A DNA stretch of 64,000 nucleotides from the NCBI GenBank assembly GCA_964411375.1, contig CAYPKR010000001.1, positions 238,807 through 302,806 on the forward strand, given 5' to 3'. Numbering within the stretch: position 1 is the stretch's first letter; the number at the start of each line of letters is the position of its first letter. Below, piece by piece: positions 48,165-57,525 of the stretch. This stretch comes from an uncultured Candidatus Saccharibacteria bacterium. Its GTDB lineage: Bacteria > Patescibacteriota > Minisyncoccia > Phycocordibacterales > UBA12088. A program made the translations under genes and the position numbers. The notes beneath the pieces were generated by a model. That model was not told the origin of the DNA and made no database searches. It worked only from the letters and a program-made list of their open reading frames with translations.

Positions 48165-48212
48165 TCAAAAACATAATTGCCGCCAAAAAATTGGCGGCAA
48201 TTATGTTTTTGA
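48165..48212. terminator. Long hairpin, bidirectional terminator
   Basis: TCAAAAACATAATTGCCGCCAA-AAAA-TTGGCGGCAATTATGTTTTTGA. Confidence 0.75.
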
Positions 48213-48432
48213 TTTGTATTGTTGAAAACCCAAATTAAAACCAGCTCCACGAAAATCGTGAAGCCAGTGAATAGGGTGGTCCGAAGACCAAAAAAATGAA
48301 CAAGAGAAATAGATGAGGGAATGGTGATTCAAGGAAGCGAATCGACTTATGATTGAAAGGAATAATCCAGACAATCAGTGGGTCGAATTAGATTCCAAAG
48401 AATCAAAAAACCATCACTAATCTCAAAGAACT
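48165..48432 (-). ncRNA. Candidate unannotated structured ncRNA
   Basis: Consensus promoter upstream, no ORF, nested stems, UUCG tetraloop, terminal hairpin. Confidence 0.55.
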
Positions 48433-48438
48433 TCCTAC

Positions 48439-48467
48439 AGTGTATTCCTGTGCTACAATCCTGTCAA
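48439..48467 (-). promoter_or_regulatory. Sigma70 promoter TTGACA-N17-TACACT
   Basis: TTGACA 48467-48462, 17-nt spacer, TACACT 48444-48439. Confidence 0.75.
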
Positions 48468-48484
48468 GTAAATTCAATACAATT

Positions 48485-49144
48485 GTGGATAGTGAAAGAG
48501 CGCGCAAAATAAGGATAAAATCACTCATCAAAAAATTGAAATCGCTTTTTCAGAGTGGCGGAACAATTTTGGAGTACCAAACACCATTTGAATTATTGGT
48601 GGCAGTTGAACTTTCTGCACAGTCGACTGACAAGCTCGTCAATATCGTTACGAAGACATTATTCAAAAAATATCCAACACTTGATCATTATGTTCGTGCA
48701 AAACCACGCGAATTTGAAAAAGATATTTTCAAAACTGGCTATTATCGAAATAAAACAAAAAATATTTTAGCGGCGGCAAAAGTGGTCAAAGGTAAGTTCG
48801 GAGGAGTCCTCCCTCGAACGATTGAGGAGATGATCACGATTCCGGGTGTTGGGCGAAAAACTGCAAATGTTGTGCTTGGAAATCTCTATGGCATTGCAGA
48901 AGGAATCGCAGTCGATACTCATGTTTGGCGGTTTGCGGTTAGATTCGATTTAACCGATCACCCTAAAAATGTCCACAAAATTGAACAGGATTTGATGCGT
49001 ATTATTCCGCAAAAAGATTGGTTCCTCTTCACCCATCTTGCGATTGAATATGGCAGAAAAATAGCACCAGCACGAAAGTATGATGTTTCGAACGATCCTC
49101 TTATAAAAATATATCCGCCCGCGGGGCAGCGGTTTAAAAAATAA
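48485..49144 (+). CDS. nth: Endonuclease III (no Fe-S cluster motif)
   Basis: FELLVAV.LSAQ.TD, PGVGRKTANVV, AVDTHV; GTG start. Confidence 0.9.
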   Translation: MDSERARKIRIKSLIKKLKSLFQSGGTILEYQTPFELLVAVELSAQSTDKLVNIVTKTLFKKYPTLDHYVRAKPREFEKDIFKTGYYRNKTKNILAAAKVVKGKFGGVLPRTIEEMITIPGVGRKTANVVLGNLYGIAEGIAVDTHVWRFAVRFDLTDHPKNVHKIEQDLMRIIPQKDWFLFTHLAIEYGRKIAPARKYDVSNDPLIKIYPPAGQRFKK

Positions 49145-49166
49145 CTGGAGGGAGTACACTAGTGGT

Positions 49167-49310
49167 ATGAAGCATTTCGGAAATCCGGCAAAACGAAAAG
49201 GGCTGGCAGGATATCGTACGCCGTCTCGTTTTATTCACCGAAAACCGATTGATGTTGCGCTTACGAAAGTAAAATCTCACGGAACGATATGGAGAAAAAA
49301 CGAAAAGTAG
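49167..49310 (+). CDS. Possible 47-aa basic microprotein (not in ORF track)
   Basis: TACACT 6 nt before ATG; MKHFGNPAKRKG...WRKNEK. Confidence 0.35.
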   Translation: MKHFGNPAKRKGLAGYRTPSRFIHRKPIDVALTKVKSHGTIWRKNEK

Positions 49311-49981
49311 CCATCTTTGATATTGACGGAACAATTTTTCGCTCGTCGCTCATTATTGAGCTTGTTGATGTACTCGTCGAAGAAGAACTTTTCCCAGTTT
49401 CCGCACGAAATGAGTATGAGCGTGAATACCGTAAGTGGCACGAACGAAAAGGGCATTATGACGAGTATATAAACGCACTTGTCGAAACTTTCATGGAGCA
49501 TGTGAAAGGCGTTCACTTCAAAGATATGGAACGTGCCGCAAAACTCACCATCGCACGTGAAAAAGATCGCGTCTATCGCTATACGCGCGATTTGGTCAGC
49601 GAGCTCAAAGAAAAGGATTATTATCTACTCGCTATTTCTCAATCTCCCAAACTGATTGTCGAAGGATTCGCCAAACATCTTGGCTTCGACAAAGTGTACG
49701 GTCGTATTTATGAAGTCGGTCCCAATGAACGATTTACGGGAGAAATTGAAAATCTTCACTTAATTGCAAACAAAGCAAATATTGTGAAGCGTGCGGTTGA
49801 AAAGGAAAATCTAACGCTCGAAGCTTCTGTTGGTGTTGGAGACACTGACGGCGACATTCCTTTTTTGGAAATGGTAGAAAAACCAATTTGCTTTAATCCA
49901 AATGCGCTGCTCTACAAGCACGCGAAGCGAAATGGTTGGAAAGTGGTAGTTGAACGAAAAGACGTCGTGTACGAATTGTGA
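49289..49981 (+). CDS. HAD-IB (SerB-like) phosphatase
   Basis: FDIDGT, S.SP, K, GDTDGD, NP. Confidence 0.88.
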   Translation: MEKKRKVAIFDIDGTIFRSSLIIELVDVLVEEELFPVSARNEYEREYRKWHERKGHYDEYINALVETFMEHVKGVHFKDMERAAKLTIAREKDRVYRYTRDLVSELKEKDYYLLAISQSPKLIVEGFAKHLGFDKVYGRIYEVGPNERFTGEIENLHLIANKANIVKRAVEKENLTLEASVGVGDTDGDIPFLEMVEKPICFNPNALLYKHAKRNGWKVVVERKDVVYEL

Positions 49982-49991
49982 TACCAAGACG

Positions 49992-50717
49992 ATGAAATAT
50001 TTCTTCATATGCATACTTCTATTTGTAATTCTCTACGTACTGTATGTAGCTTCAAAAATATTTTGGAGCGGTACGGGAGAGCTTATTCGTCTCGCACATC
50101 CATTTGAACGAAAAGTGGAACATGGTTCGCCGCGTATTTTGGTAATTGGAGACTCGACCGGTGTTGGAGTAGGAAGCGACGTGCCTGAACATTCGATTGC
50201 AGGGAGGCTCGGCGTGGATTTTCCAGATGCATACATTGAAAATCATGCGGTTTCTGGAGCCGTCGTGCACGACGCGCTCAGGCAGTTTGATGGTGTTTCC
50301 GAAAATTCATTCGACATCGTACTGCTTCAAATTGGTGCAAATGATGTTACACACTTTACTAATATCGATCGGCTCCGCTTTGAATTGAAAGAGCTCTACG
50401 TACAAGCGAAGAAATCGGGGAAGGCAGTTTTCCATATGTCATCGGGAAGTGTGGGTTTCGCACCAGCATTCCCACATCCTTTTGGCGCTATTTTTACGAA
50501 CCGCACGCTGTTGGTTCGAGAAATGTTTTTGGACGAATCTCTGAAAGACGGCATTCACTATATCGATCTCTATCGACCACGAGAAACAGATATTTTCCTC
50601 ACTGATCCAAAAAGGTATTTTGCAACTGACTCATTCCATCCGAGTGCGGACGGTTACGCCGTTTGGTACGTCGAGGTTCGAAAGGCGCTCCTTGCAGAGG
50701 GATTGCTCTCCAAGTAA
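49992..50717 (+). CDS. SGNH/GDSL hydrolase
   Basis: GDS, SGA, GAND, D.FHPS..GY. Confidence 0.9.
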   Translation: MKYFFICILLFVILYVLYVASKIFWSGTGELIRLAHPFERKVEHGSPRILVIGDSTGVGVGSDVPEHSIAGRLGVDFPDAYIENHAVSGAVVHDALRQFDGVSENSFDIVLLQIGANDVTHFTNIDRLRFELKELYVQAKKSGKAVFHMSSGSVGFAPAFPHPFGAIFTNRTLLVREMFLDESLKDGIHYIDLYRPRETDIFLTDPKRYFATDSFHPSADGYAVWYVEVRKALLAEGLLSK

Positions 50718-50726
50718 TCTGCTGTA

Positions 50727-51533
50727 GTGAGTTTGGAAACTAAGAAGTTTAAAGTTGTGGTCAAAAAATACTATCGAGAAAATCGGCGTAGTTTTCCATG
50801 GAGAAAAACGACTAATCCATACAAAATTCTTGTCTCTGAAGTGATGCTTCAGCAAACACAGACTGACCGCGTAGTTCCCAAATTCAACGCCTTTATCAAA
50901 GCATTTCCAACTGTAGAAGCACTCGCAAACGCGCCGCTTCGAGAAGTGTTAGTTCTTTGGCAAGGACTTGGGTACAATCGCCGCGCAAAACATCTCCACG
51001 TAGCGGCGAAGCAGATTGTTGAAAAGTTTGGAGGAAAGGTTCCGAAGGAAGAATCAGGTCTCCGGACGCTTTCGGGAGTCGGTCCCTATATTGCAGGCGC
51101 AGTTCGCGCTTTCGCATTTAACAAACCAGCAGTTTTTATTGAAACAAATATTCGGACAAGTCTCACGCATTATTTTTTCCCGAATACAGAAAAAGTATCA
51201 GACGCTGAATTATTTCCACTTCTTGAAAAATTGATTGTCGGTGAGGCACCGCGCGAATGGTATTCGGCGCTCATGGATTATGGCTCCAGTCTGAAACGTT
51301 CGGGAATTCGAATAAACCATCGAAGTCATTCATATACGAAGCAATCACGTTTCGAGGGGTCGGATAGACAGATTCGTGGAAAAATATTGAAATTGCTCAA
51401 AGAAAATCCTCTTGAAGAAAAAAAGTTACTGAAGAGCGCGAGCGAAGATCTCATTCGTGCAAAAGTACAACTTACAAATCTAATTGCGGAAGGGCTTGTG
51501 TCAAAAAAGAAGGATACGATCCGACTCGGCTAA
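50727..51533 (+). CDS. mutY: MutY-like A/G-specific adenine glycosylase (short, no Fe-S motif)
   Basis: PWR.T.NPY.ILVSEVMLQQT, W.GLGY..RA, GVGPY.A.AV. Confidence 0.85.
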   Translation: MSLETKKFKVVVKKYYRENRRSFPWRKTTNPYKILVSEVMLQQTQTDRVVPKFNAFIKAFPTVEALANAPLREVLVLWQGLGYNRRAKHLHVAAKQIVEKFGGKVPKEESGLRTLSGVGPYIAGAVRAFAFNKPAVFIETNIRTSLTHYFFPNTEKVSDAELFPLLEKLIVGEAPREWYSALMDYGSSLKRSGIRINHRSHSYTKQSRFEGSDRQIRGKILKLLKENPLEEKKLLKSASEDLIRAKVQLTNLIAEGLVSKKKDTIRLG

Positions 51534-52693
51534 TTTTCTGTTTCGCTAAATGCAATTGCAGACCCGAGGTAGAGAAGTAGAGAGAGTCCGATAAAATATC
51601 CGCTGTATCCAACGGCGGGAATAAGTATCGCACCAGCAAGTGGTGCAAACATATATCCAATTGGGCGAAGCATTCTAAAGAAGCTAATAAGATCAGCGTC
51701 AGCGCCTCCGACTCGTTTAAAAAATGCACTTTCAGACACCACTTCGATCATTCCCGCACCGCTGTGGGCGATAAAGAGAACGAGACCAAAAAGGGCGATG
51801 CTACTTGTCGAGATAGCTCCAAGGACGGCAGTACCTGAAGCCAAAATCAGAAGTCCAACGCCGAAGAGAATGCGCTCTGAGGATTTTTGAGCAAGTTCCC
51901 CGATTGGAAATTCAAAAAGAACCAGTGGAACGAGCATCATCGAAAGAATGATGCCGACTTCACCCCACGAAAATCCCATCTGCAGAAGATACAGGGGAAT
52001 ATAGACAACAGTCGCTGAAAAAAAGATGCGGAGTAAGAAATGAAATAGAAAAATGCTTCGCATACGCGGCACTTCGCCGATACGGGAGAATGCACGACGG
52101 ATTGAAATTTTTGGATACACCGGATCCGTAAATCGTCGGAAGCGGAGAATGATTGTAAATACAAATGGCACAAGTGCGAGGGAGCCAAGTGCGTAGGCGC
52201 TGAAATATCCGATATTTTCGACCAAAATTCCACCAAGAATGGGACAAAAAAAGAGCGCCCCATTCGCAATGGTGAGAACTGCACCACGGACAATGCTCGT
52301 TTCTCCTTCGCCTTGCATTGAGACTTCGATGAAAATATCGAGACAATACAGAAGGAGAATGGTCACCACCCAATACCCGATGAAAAATGTGCCAGCCATA
52401 TACACATTTACCGAGGATGCGAAGGAGAGGACGGTAAAAATTTCAATTGTTGTAAGAATTACGGTGAATGAAAATACGCCGATAGCACGGAGGATTCGAG
52501 GTGCAAAGGTAAGGGCAACCATAGAAATGATCGCGCCAAGAAGATAAAAAATGCCGACTACTTCGGTAGTGGCAAACCTCGAGAGAAAGCTCGAGTTGAT
52601 ATAAATGACTGAAAAAATGTGGAGCGCCAAGAAGAATGTCGCAAAGAAAAGAGAACCAAGCGGTCCGTTCAAACGAAATCGGAGAAGATCCAT
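51530..52693 (-). CDS. MFS-type membrane transporter
   Basis: About 12 TM, P.G.LA motif. Confidence 0.8.
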   Translation of the reverse strand: MDLLRFRLNGPLGSLFFATFFLALHIFSVIYINSSFLSRFATTEVVGIFYLLGAIISMVALTFAPRILRAIGVFSFTVILTTIEIFTVLSFASSVNVYMAGTFFIGYWVVTILLLYCLDIFIEVSMQGEGETSIVRGAVLTIANGALFFCPILGGILVENIGYFSAYALGSLALVPFVFTIILRFRRFTDPVYPKISIRRAFSRIGEVPRMRSIFLFHFLLRIFFSATVVYIPLYLLQMGFSWGEVGIILSMMLVPLVLFEFPIGELAQKSSERILFGVGLLILASGTAVLGAISTSSIALFGLVLFIAHSGAGMIEVVSESAFFKRVGGADADLISFFRMLRPIGYMFAPLAGAILIPAVGYSGYFIGLSLLLYLGSAIAFSETEN

Positions 52694-52782
52694 ATAAATA
52701 ATCGTAGCACGAACAGTCATTCTAAAAAGAAAACCGCCCGCAAGACTTGCGAAGCGGTTCCTTCACGAAAACTTGCGGGCGA

Positions 52783-53055
52783 TCAGACAGGGTGATGAGA
52801 TGGGGCGTCGTCGCTTCCTGGGATGAAGCCGGTACCTAATATCTCAGCACATCGTTCGGCAAAAGCCTGAGCTTCTTCGAAGTGAGGGTATCCCAGACGC
52901 ACCACAATCACGTCTTCTCTTTCCATTACTTCAAAACGAGGACCTTGCCAGTGTATACGAGCTCCTCTCAACACATGCACCGTATATCCTTGATCTCGTG
53001 AGCAGTGAAGGGTAAATCCTTCCGATGCGGAATCAATGACAATACCGGTAGGCAT
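52783..53055 (-). CDS. Orphan hypothetical protein
   Basis: AAGGAGGT SD before ATG 53055; GC hairpin downstream. Confidence 0.55.
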   Translation of the reverse strand: MPTGIVIDSASEGFTLHCSRDQGYTVHVLRGARIHWQGPRFEVMEREDVIVVRLGYPHFEEAQAFAERCAEILGTGFIPGSDDAPSHHPV

Positions 53056-53115
53056 ACTGACCTCCTTTGTTGACACTCGTTTGGTTATACCGAGATTTTA
53101 TCGCTTAATCAAGCG

Positions 53116-55149
53116 CTACACTCCAAGTACCACCGGAATCACAATTGGATGTTTATTGGTCTTTTGGAAGAGGAATGAGCCAACTGAGTCGGTCAAATTC
53201 TTCTTCACGTAGTCGAAGTTGATTGGATTCATTCCTTCAGTCACATCTTCAACCGCTTTCTTTGCGAGGAGGCGAGTCTGTTGAAGCAAATCTTGTGATT
53301 CACGAAGATAAATGAAGCCGCGGGAAATTATATCTGGCGATTTCTTGAGTTTCCCAGTCTTGAGATTCACCATTGCGATGATGACGAACATTCCGTCTTC
53401 AGCGAGTACTTGGCGATCTCGGATCACCACCTCTTGCATGTCACCGACTGAGAAACCATCCACCATGCGGATATTTGATGGCGCTTTTTCCTTAAGGACG
53501 ACAATCTTCGCTCCTTCATCCTGAATTTCAATCACACTGCCGTTATCTGGCACGATGATATTTTCTTTTGGCGTTCCCATTTGGAAGGCGAGATCTGCGT
53601 GGAGTTTGAGTCGATAATGATTGCCGTGAACGGGTACGAAAAACTTCGGCTTGATTTTTTTATGGAGCCATTCGATTTCACCGCGATTTCCGTGTCCGGT
53701 TGAGTGAATATAGACTTCGCTCGTTCGGTAGTGGACGATGCGCGCGCCTTGGCGAGCAAGATTGTCTTTGAGTTTTTCAACCGATTTTTCATTTCCTGGA
53801 ATGATTGAAGAAGAGAGAAGCACGGTGTCGCCTTCTTTTATTGCGAGCATCTTATGCTGCTTGTTTGCCATGCGCATGAGCGCCGCAAACTCTTCACCTT
53901 GAGCACCGGTTGCAAGCACCACGACTTTATCCGGCGGATAATTATCAACTTCGCTTGAGGAAATGATCGTGCCGCGCTTCGGCTTGAATATGCCGGCAAG
54001 TTCTGCAATCTCGATATTTGTTTTCATCGAACGGCCTTCGAGCGCAAGCTTCTTGTCGTATTTCTCAATAATTTTGATGATACCGATTATGCGCTCGAGT
54101 TGGGATGCAAAAGTGCCGATGATGAGGCGACCTTTGATATCGCGAATGATTTTGTCGAGATTTTCATTGACCATCCATTCCGGCGTTGAAAAACCTGGAT
54201 TTTCAATGTTGGTCGAATCACACATCATGAGAAGTACATTCTCATCTTTGAATTTTGCGTATTCTTTTTCTTCTGCTTCTGCAGGAACGCCGTCAGTGTG
54301 ATTGAGTTTATAGTCGCCTGGAGTCACGACAGCGCCGTAGGGAGTATCAACAATGACACCCATCGAATCAGGAACCGTGTGGGTAACGGAGAAGAATCGG
54401 AGTTTGAGTCCACCTAAAGTGATACGTTCATTTTTTTCGACAACGCGAAGGTCAAGCGGGGTGAGGTGAGGAAATTCTGCCTGACGCTTTTTGACCATGA
54501 TCGCGGTCAGGTTTCTTGTATAAATCGGTGGATTACCGATTAAATCCATGATGTAGGGAATACCGCCGATGTGATCGAGGTGCGCGTGCGTAATAACCAT
54601 CGCGCGAATTTTTTCCTTATTGTCCTCGAGGTACTTGGTGTTTGGCAAAATGTAATCGATGCCAGGCGTTTCGTCTTCCTTGAATTGGAAACCGCAGTCG
54701 ATAACGACAATGTCATCTTTGTACTGGACTGCCGTCATGTTGCGTCCGATTTCTTCAACGCCACCAAGTGGAATGATTCGAACTGAATCTCCGATTGGCG
54801 GAATTGGTGCACCGGTATCTTCTCGCGTATTCACATAGGTATGTGAAGTTTGCTCCATTCGATGTGGTGGGCGATGTGATCTGCCGCCACGGGGTGATCC
54901 GCCGCGATAGCCGCCAGAATTTCTTCCGTGAGAATTCCCGCGCGAATCGTTTCTCGGTCCGTTATTTCGATTGAACGGTCTCGAACTTCGTGGAGGACGA
55001 TTACTTGGTGAAGAAATGGAAGGTGTGCCGTGATCTCTTGTGGCAGGTGAAACGCCGTCGCCACTTTGTGGGCGCGGAGTGTCATTTCTGCGGAAGCTGC
55101 GGATAGAGCGACGTGGGCCGCTACCAGCTCTGTGTTGTCTTTCCATCAT
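53116..55149 (-). CDS. rnj: Ribonuclease J with disordered N-terminal extension
   Basis: PLGG.EEIG.N, HAHLDHIGG, DSTN, TG.QGE, H.TGH, PVHG. Confidence 0.95.
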   Translation of the reverse strand: MMERQHRAGSGPRRSIRSFRRNDTPRPQSGDGVSPATRDHGTPSISSPSNRPPRSSRPFNRNNGPRNDSRGNSHGRNSGGYRGGSPRGGRSHRPPHRMEQTSHTYVNTREDTGAPIPPIGDSVRIIPLGGVEEIGRNMTAVQYKDDIVVIDCGFQFKEDETPGIDYILPNTKYLEDNKEKIRAMVITHAHLDHIGGIPYIMDLIGNPPIYTRNLTAIMVKKRQAEFPHLTPLDLRVVEKNERITLGGLKLRFFSVTHTVPDSMGVIVDTPYGAVVTPGDYKLNHTDGVPAEAEEKEYAKFKDENVLLMMCDSTNIENPGFSTPEWMVNENLDKIIRDIKGRLIIGTFASQLERIIGIIKIIEKYDKKLALEGRSMKTNIEIAELAGIFKPKRGTIISSSEVDNYPPDKVVVLATGAQGEEFAALMRMANKQHKMLAIKEGDTVLLSSSIIPGNEKSVEKLKDNLARQGARIVHYRTSEVYIHSTGHGNRGEIEWLHKKIKPKFFVPVHGNHYRLKLHADLAFQMGTPKENIIVPDNGSVIEIQDEGAKIVVLKEKAPSNIRMVDGFSVGDMQEVVIRDRQVLAEDGMFVIIAMVNLKTGKLKKSPDIISRGFIYLRESQDLLQQTRLLAKKAVEDVTEGMNPINFDYVKKNLTDSVGSFLFQKTNKHPIVIPVVLGV

Positions 55150-55215
55150 GATATTAATTATCGTCTCTCACATTTTTTCGAGAGCCGCGTTTACATTAGT
55201 AATTGTAGATACGAT

Positions 55216-56988
55216 TTAAAACGGCAAATATTTGCGAAGGTTGATTTTTTCGAAAATCGGCCATACCCATTCCGTCTCGATATACCATTCACGAATATTG
55301 TTGAAGCGGTCACTTGGCGTCGTTACTGTTCCACCACTTCGGCCCTTCAAGGACTTTGGAATCAGATAAATATATTCCGGAGCGTATACCAGAATCGCAG
55401 GATGTTCTTCTCTGAAGAGTGCGTCGAATTGCAGATAGGAATCGGTGCGGTCACTCTCATTTTCCGCTCGTCTTGCTGCTTCAAGCAGTTTGTCTGCGGT
55501 GATGTTTGCGTAGAGCGCAATATTGAGTCCCGGATCAATGCGTTGACTTGAGTGCCAGAACGCGAAGAGATCGTATTCTCGTCCTACGACTTCGCCAAAG
55601 AAGAGCGCTTCGTAATCTCTCGGACGAATGATGTTTTGACTCAAATCGCCCGGTTCGAATACTTTGACGGTAGCATCTATTCCAAGATCTGTAAAATCTT
55701 GCACCAAATATTCTGCCGCTGTCTTAAGCTCAGGAGTATTTGGTGCGGCGACAGCAAATTTCATCTGCACCGCCTTTGCTCCCTTGCCCTTCATAAGCAT
55801 CTTCGTAGTCGTCGAATACGTCCATCCACTCTTTGCAAGAAGTGCAAGTGCTGCTTCTTTGTCACCGTGCGGGTTTTCTGGAAGGGTAATTCCCGAAAGC
55901 GTACCAGGGGGAAATGGGCTTTCAATTGGTGCGCCGTATCCATGAAGAACGGTATCGACGATTTTTTGTTTATCAGCGGCAATATCGAGTGCGGCACGAA
56001 CATTTGTGTCAGCAAATACTGGATTCTGATTTTGATTTAAGAAAAGTCCGAATACGCGCGGGAGAGGACTCCGTGTCGTGACGCCGCCGACCCTTGTGAC
56101 TGCAGGCAAATTGTCTGGAGAGAGTCCACCGATTGCGTCAGTGTCGCCAATGTCGTACGCATGAATCTGCGCAGCTTCATCTTCATAGAAATGAAATACA
56201 ATTGAACCGATATACGGCACACCACCGACTGCATTTCGGAATGGGCGAAGTGTGTATTCGGTTGGGATACCCGAACTATTTCGGACTACTCCCGCAACTT
56301 TGTATGGACCGGAGCCAACTGGCTCGACATTGAGCTCACTAAATGGAAATTCGGTAGGCGTTACTGCTTTCCATAAGTGCGATGGCAAAATTCCCATCGT
56401 GAGATTTTCGAGAAACGGCGCGTACGGTTGTTTCAAAGTAAATGTGACGCTTTGGTCGTTATCCTTGGTAACTTCAACACCATCCCAATTGGCGCGCCGC
56501 GGACTTTTAAGACTTGGATCTTCTGCAAGCGATATCGTATAAACAACGTCGTCTGCGGTTACCGGAGTGCCGTCTTGGAAAGTAGCGTCGTTTTTGATCT
56601 CTACGACATAGGTGAGTCCATCGGGTGATACCTTGTACGATTCTGCAAGATCGGGAACAAGATTGCCCGTGTCATCCACACGAAATAAACCAGAATAAAT
56701 AAGTGCAGAAAGATCGCGATCAGCATCCGAGATTGCCAGAAGTGGATTGATAAAACGAGGAGTGCCGATGATGCCTTCAGTCAGAGTACCGCCACTTGCG
56801 GGGATCTCAACCATGACGGCACGATTTGCGCGGGCAAGAAGGGTGAGTGAGCTTAGGAAAAAAACGACGAACAAGAGAGCGAATATAACGCGCTCGGCGG
56901 GAGATAGGGAAGTAAATATATTTTTGACAGGATCTTCTTTGAGGAGTCGATACTCGCTCGAAGTAGCCTTATGCCAGAGAGAATTCAT
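55216..56988 (-). CDS. Peptide ABC transporter substrate-binding protein (family 5)
   Basis: GG.L.EG..G.P, PDLAES, F.DG.P.TA.DV, PVGSGPY. Confidence 0.9.
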   Translation of the reverse strand: MNSLWHKATSSEYRLLKEDPVKNIFTSLSPAERVIFALLFVVFFLSSLTLLARANRAVMVEIPASGGTLTEGIIGTPRFINPLLAISDADRDLSALIYSGLFRVDDTGNLVPDLAESYKVSPDGLTYVVEIKNDATFQDGTPVTADDVVYTISLAEDPSLKSPRRANWDGVEVTKDNDQSVTFTLKQPYAPFLENLTMGILPSHLWKAVTPTEFPFSELNVEPVGSGPYKVAGVVRNSSGIPTEYTLRPFRNAVGGVPYIGSIVFHFYEDEAAQIHAYDIGDTDAIGGLSPDNLPAVTRVGGVTTRSPLPRVFGLFLNQNQNPVFADTNVRAALDIAADKQKIVDTVLHGYGAPIESPFPPGTLSGITLPENPHGDKEAALALLAKSGWTYSTTTKMLMKGKGAKAVQMKFAVAAPNTPELKTAAEYLVQDFTDLGIDATVKVFEPGDLSQNIIRPRDYEALFFGEVVGREYDLFAFWHSSQRIDPGLNIALYANITADKLLEAARRAENESDRTDSYLQFDALFREEHPAILVYAPEYIYLIPKSLKGRSGGTVTTPSDRFNNIREWYIETEWVWPIFEKINLRKYLPF

Positions 56989-57043
56989 GACGAACTACAT
57001 TGGTGAGGGTCAAAAAAGACGAACGCGGATTATCCGCGGAATA

Positions 57044-57277
57044 TTATCCAAGAATGAGTGCAAGGAATGCAGAGGCGACAAACAAAACCGCAAGCACTAT
57101 TGATGCCTGAAAGAGGTTTTTTTCGAGTCCGCGGCGAGTGTGAAAAGCCGCGCTGAAGTTGTCACCACCAAATGCTCCTCCGAGACTCGATCCGCGCTGC
57201 TGCAGCAGGATCGATGCGACGAGGAGAATGGAGATTACGATCTGTACGTAGGGCAGTGCGCCCTTCAGAAATTCCAT
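57044..57277 (-). CDS. secG: Preprotein translocase subunit SecG
   Basis: ILLQ.RG..LGGAFGG...TRRG.EK.L; start 9 nt after TATACT. Confidence 0.9.
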   Translation of the reverse strand: MEFLKGALPYVQIVISILLVASILLQQRGSSLGGAFGGDNFSAAFHTRRGLEKNLFQASIVLAVLFVASAFLALILG

Positions 57278-57365
57278 GCGTTTTTGAGTATAGCAAAGGG
57301 TCGATTTTTCGCAAGCAGTATAAAAAAGGATGACCCGCGTTTCGCGCGGGTCCATTCCACCGTCC

Positions 57366-57524
57366 TCACATGTAGGTTCTTGCCCAAGCGTCCATCTGAG
57401 CCTGATACAAAGCATCGAGGATTTTCCATGCCCTGTTTCGTTCTCGAAGCCAGAGGTAGACATCAACTCCGCTAAGGAGTATCGATACTCCAACAATCAG
57501 GAGAACAAACTCTCCGTCTGCCAT
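57366..57524 (-). CDS. 52-aa single-TM protein (not in ORF track)
   Basis: MADGEFVLLIVGVSILLSGVDVYLWLRER...; starts 1 nt after XRE stop. Confidence 0.55.
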   Translation of the reverse strand: MADGEFVLLIVGVSILLSGVDVYLWLRERNRAWKILDALYQAQMDAWARTYM

Positions 57525-57525
57525 C

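Noticed and set aside
57278-57496. N-terminally extended 150-aa SecG
   Set aside because: The extension crosses a terminator and another ORF; a -10 element sits 9 nt before ATG 57277.
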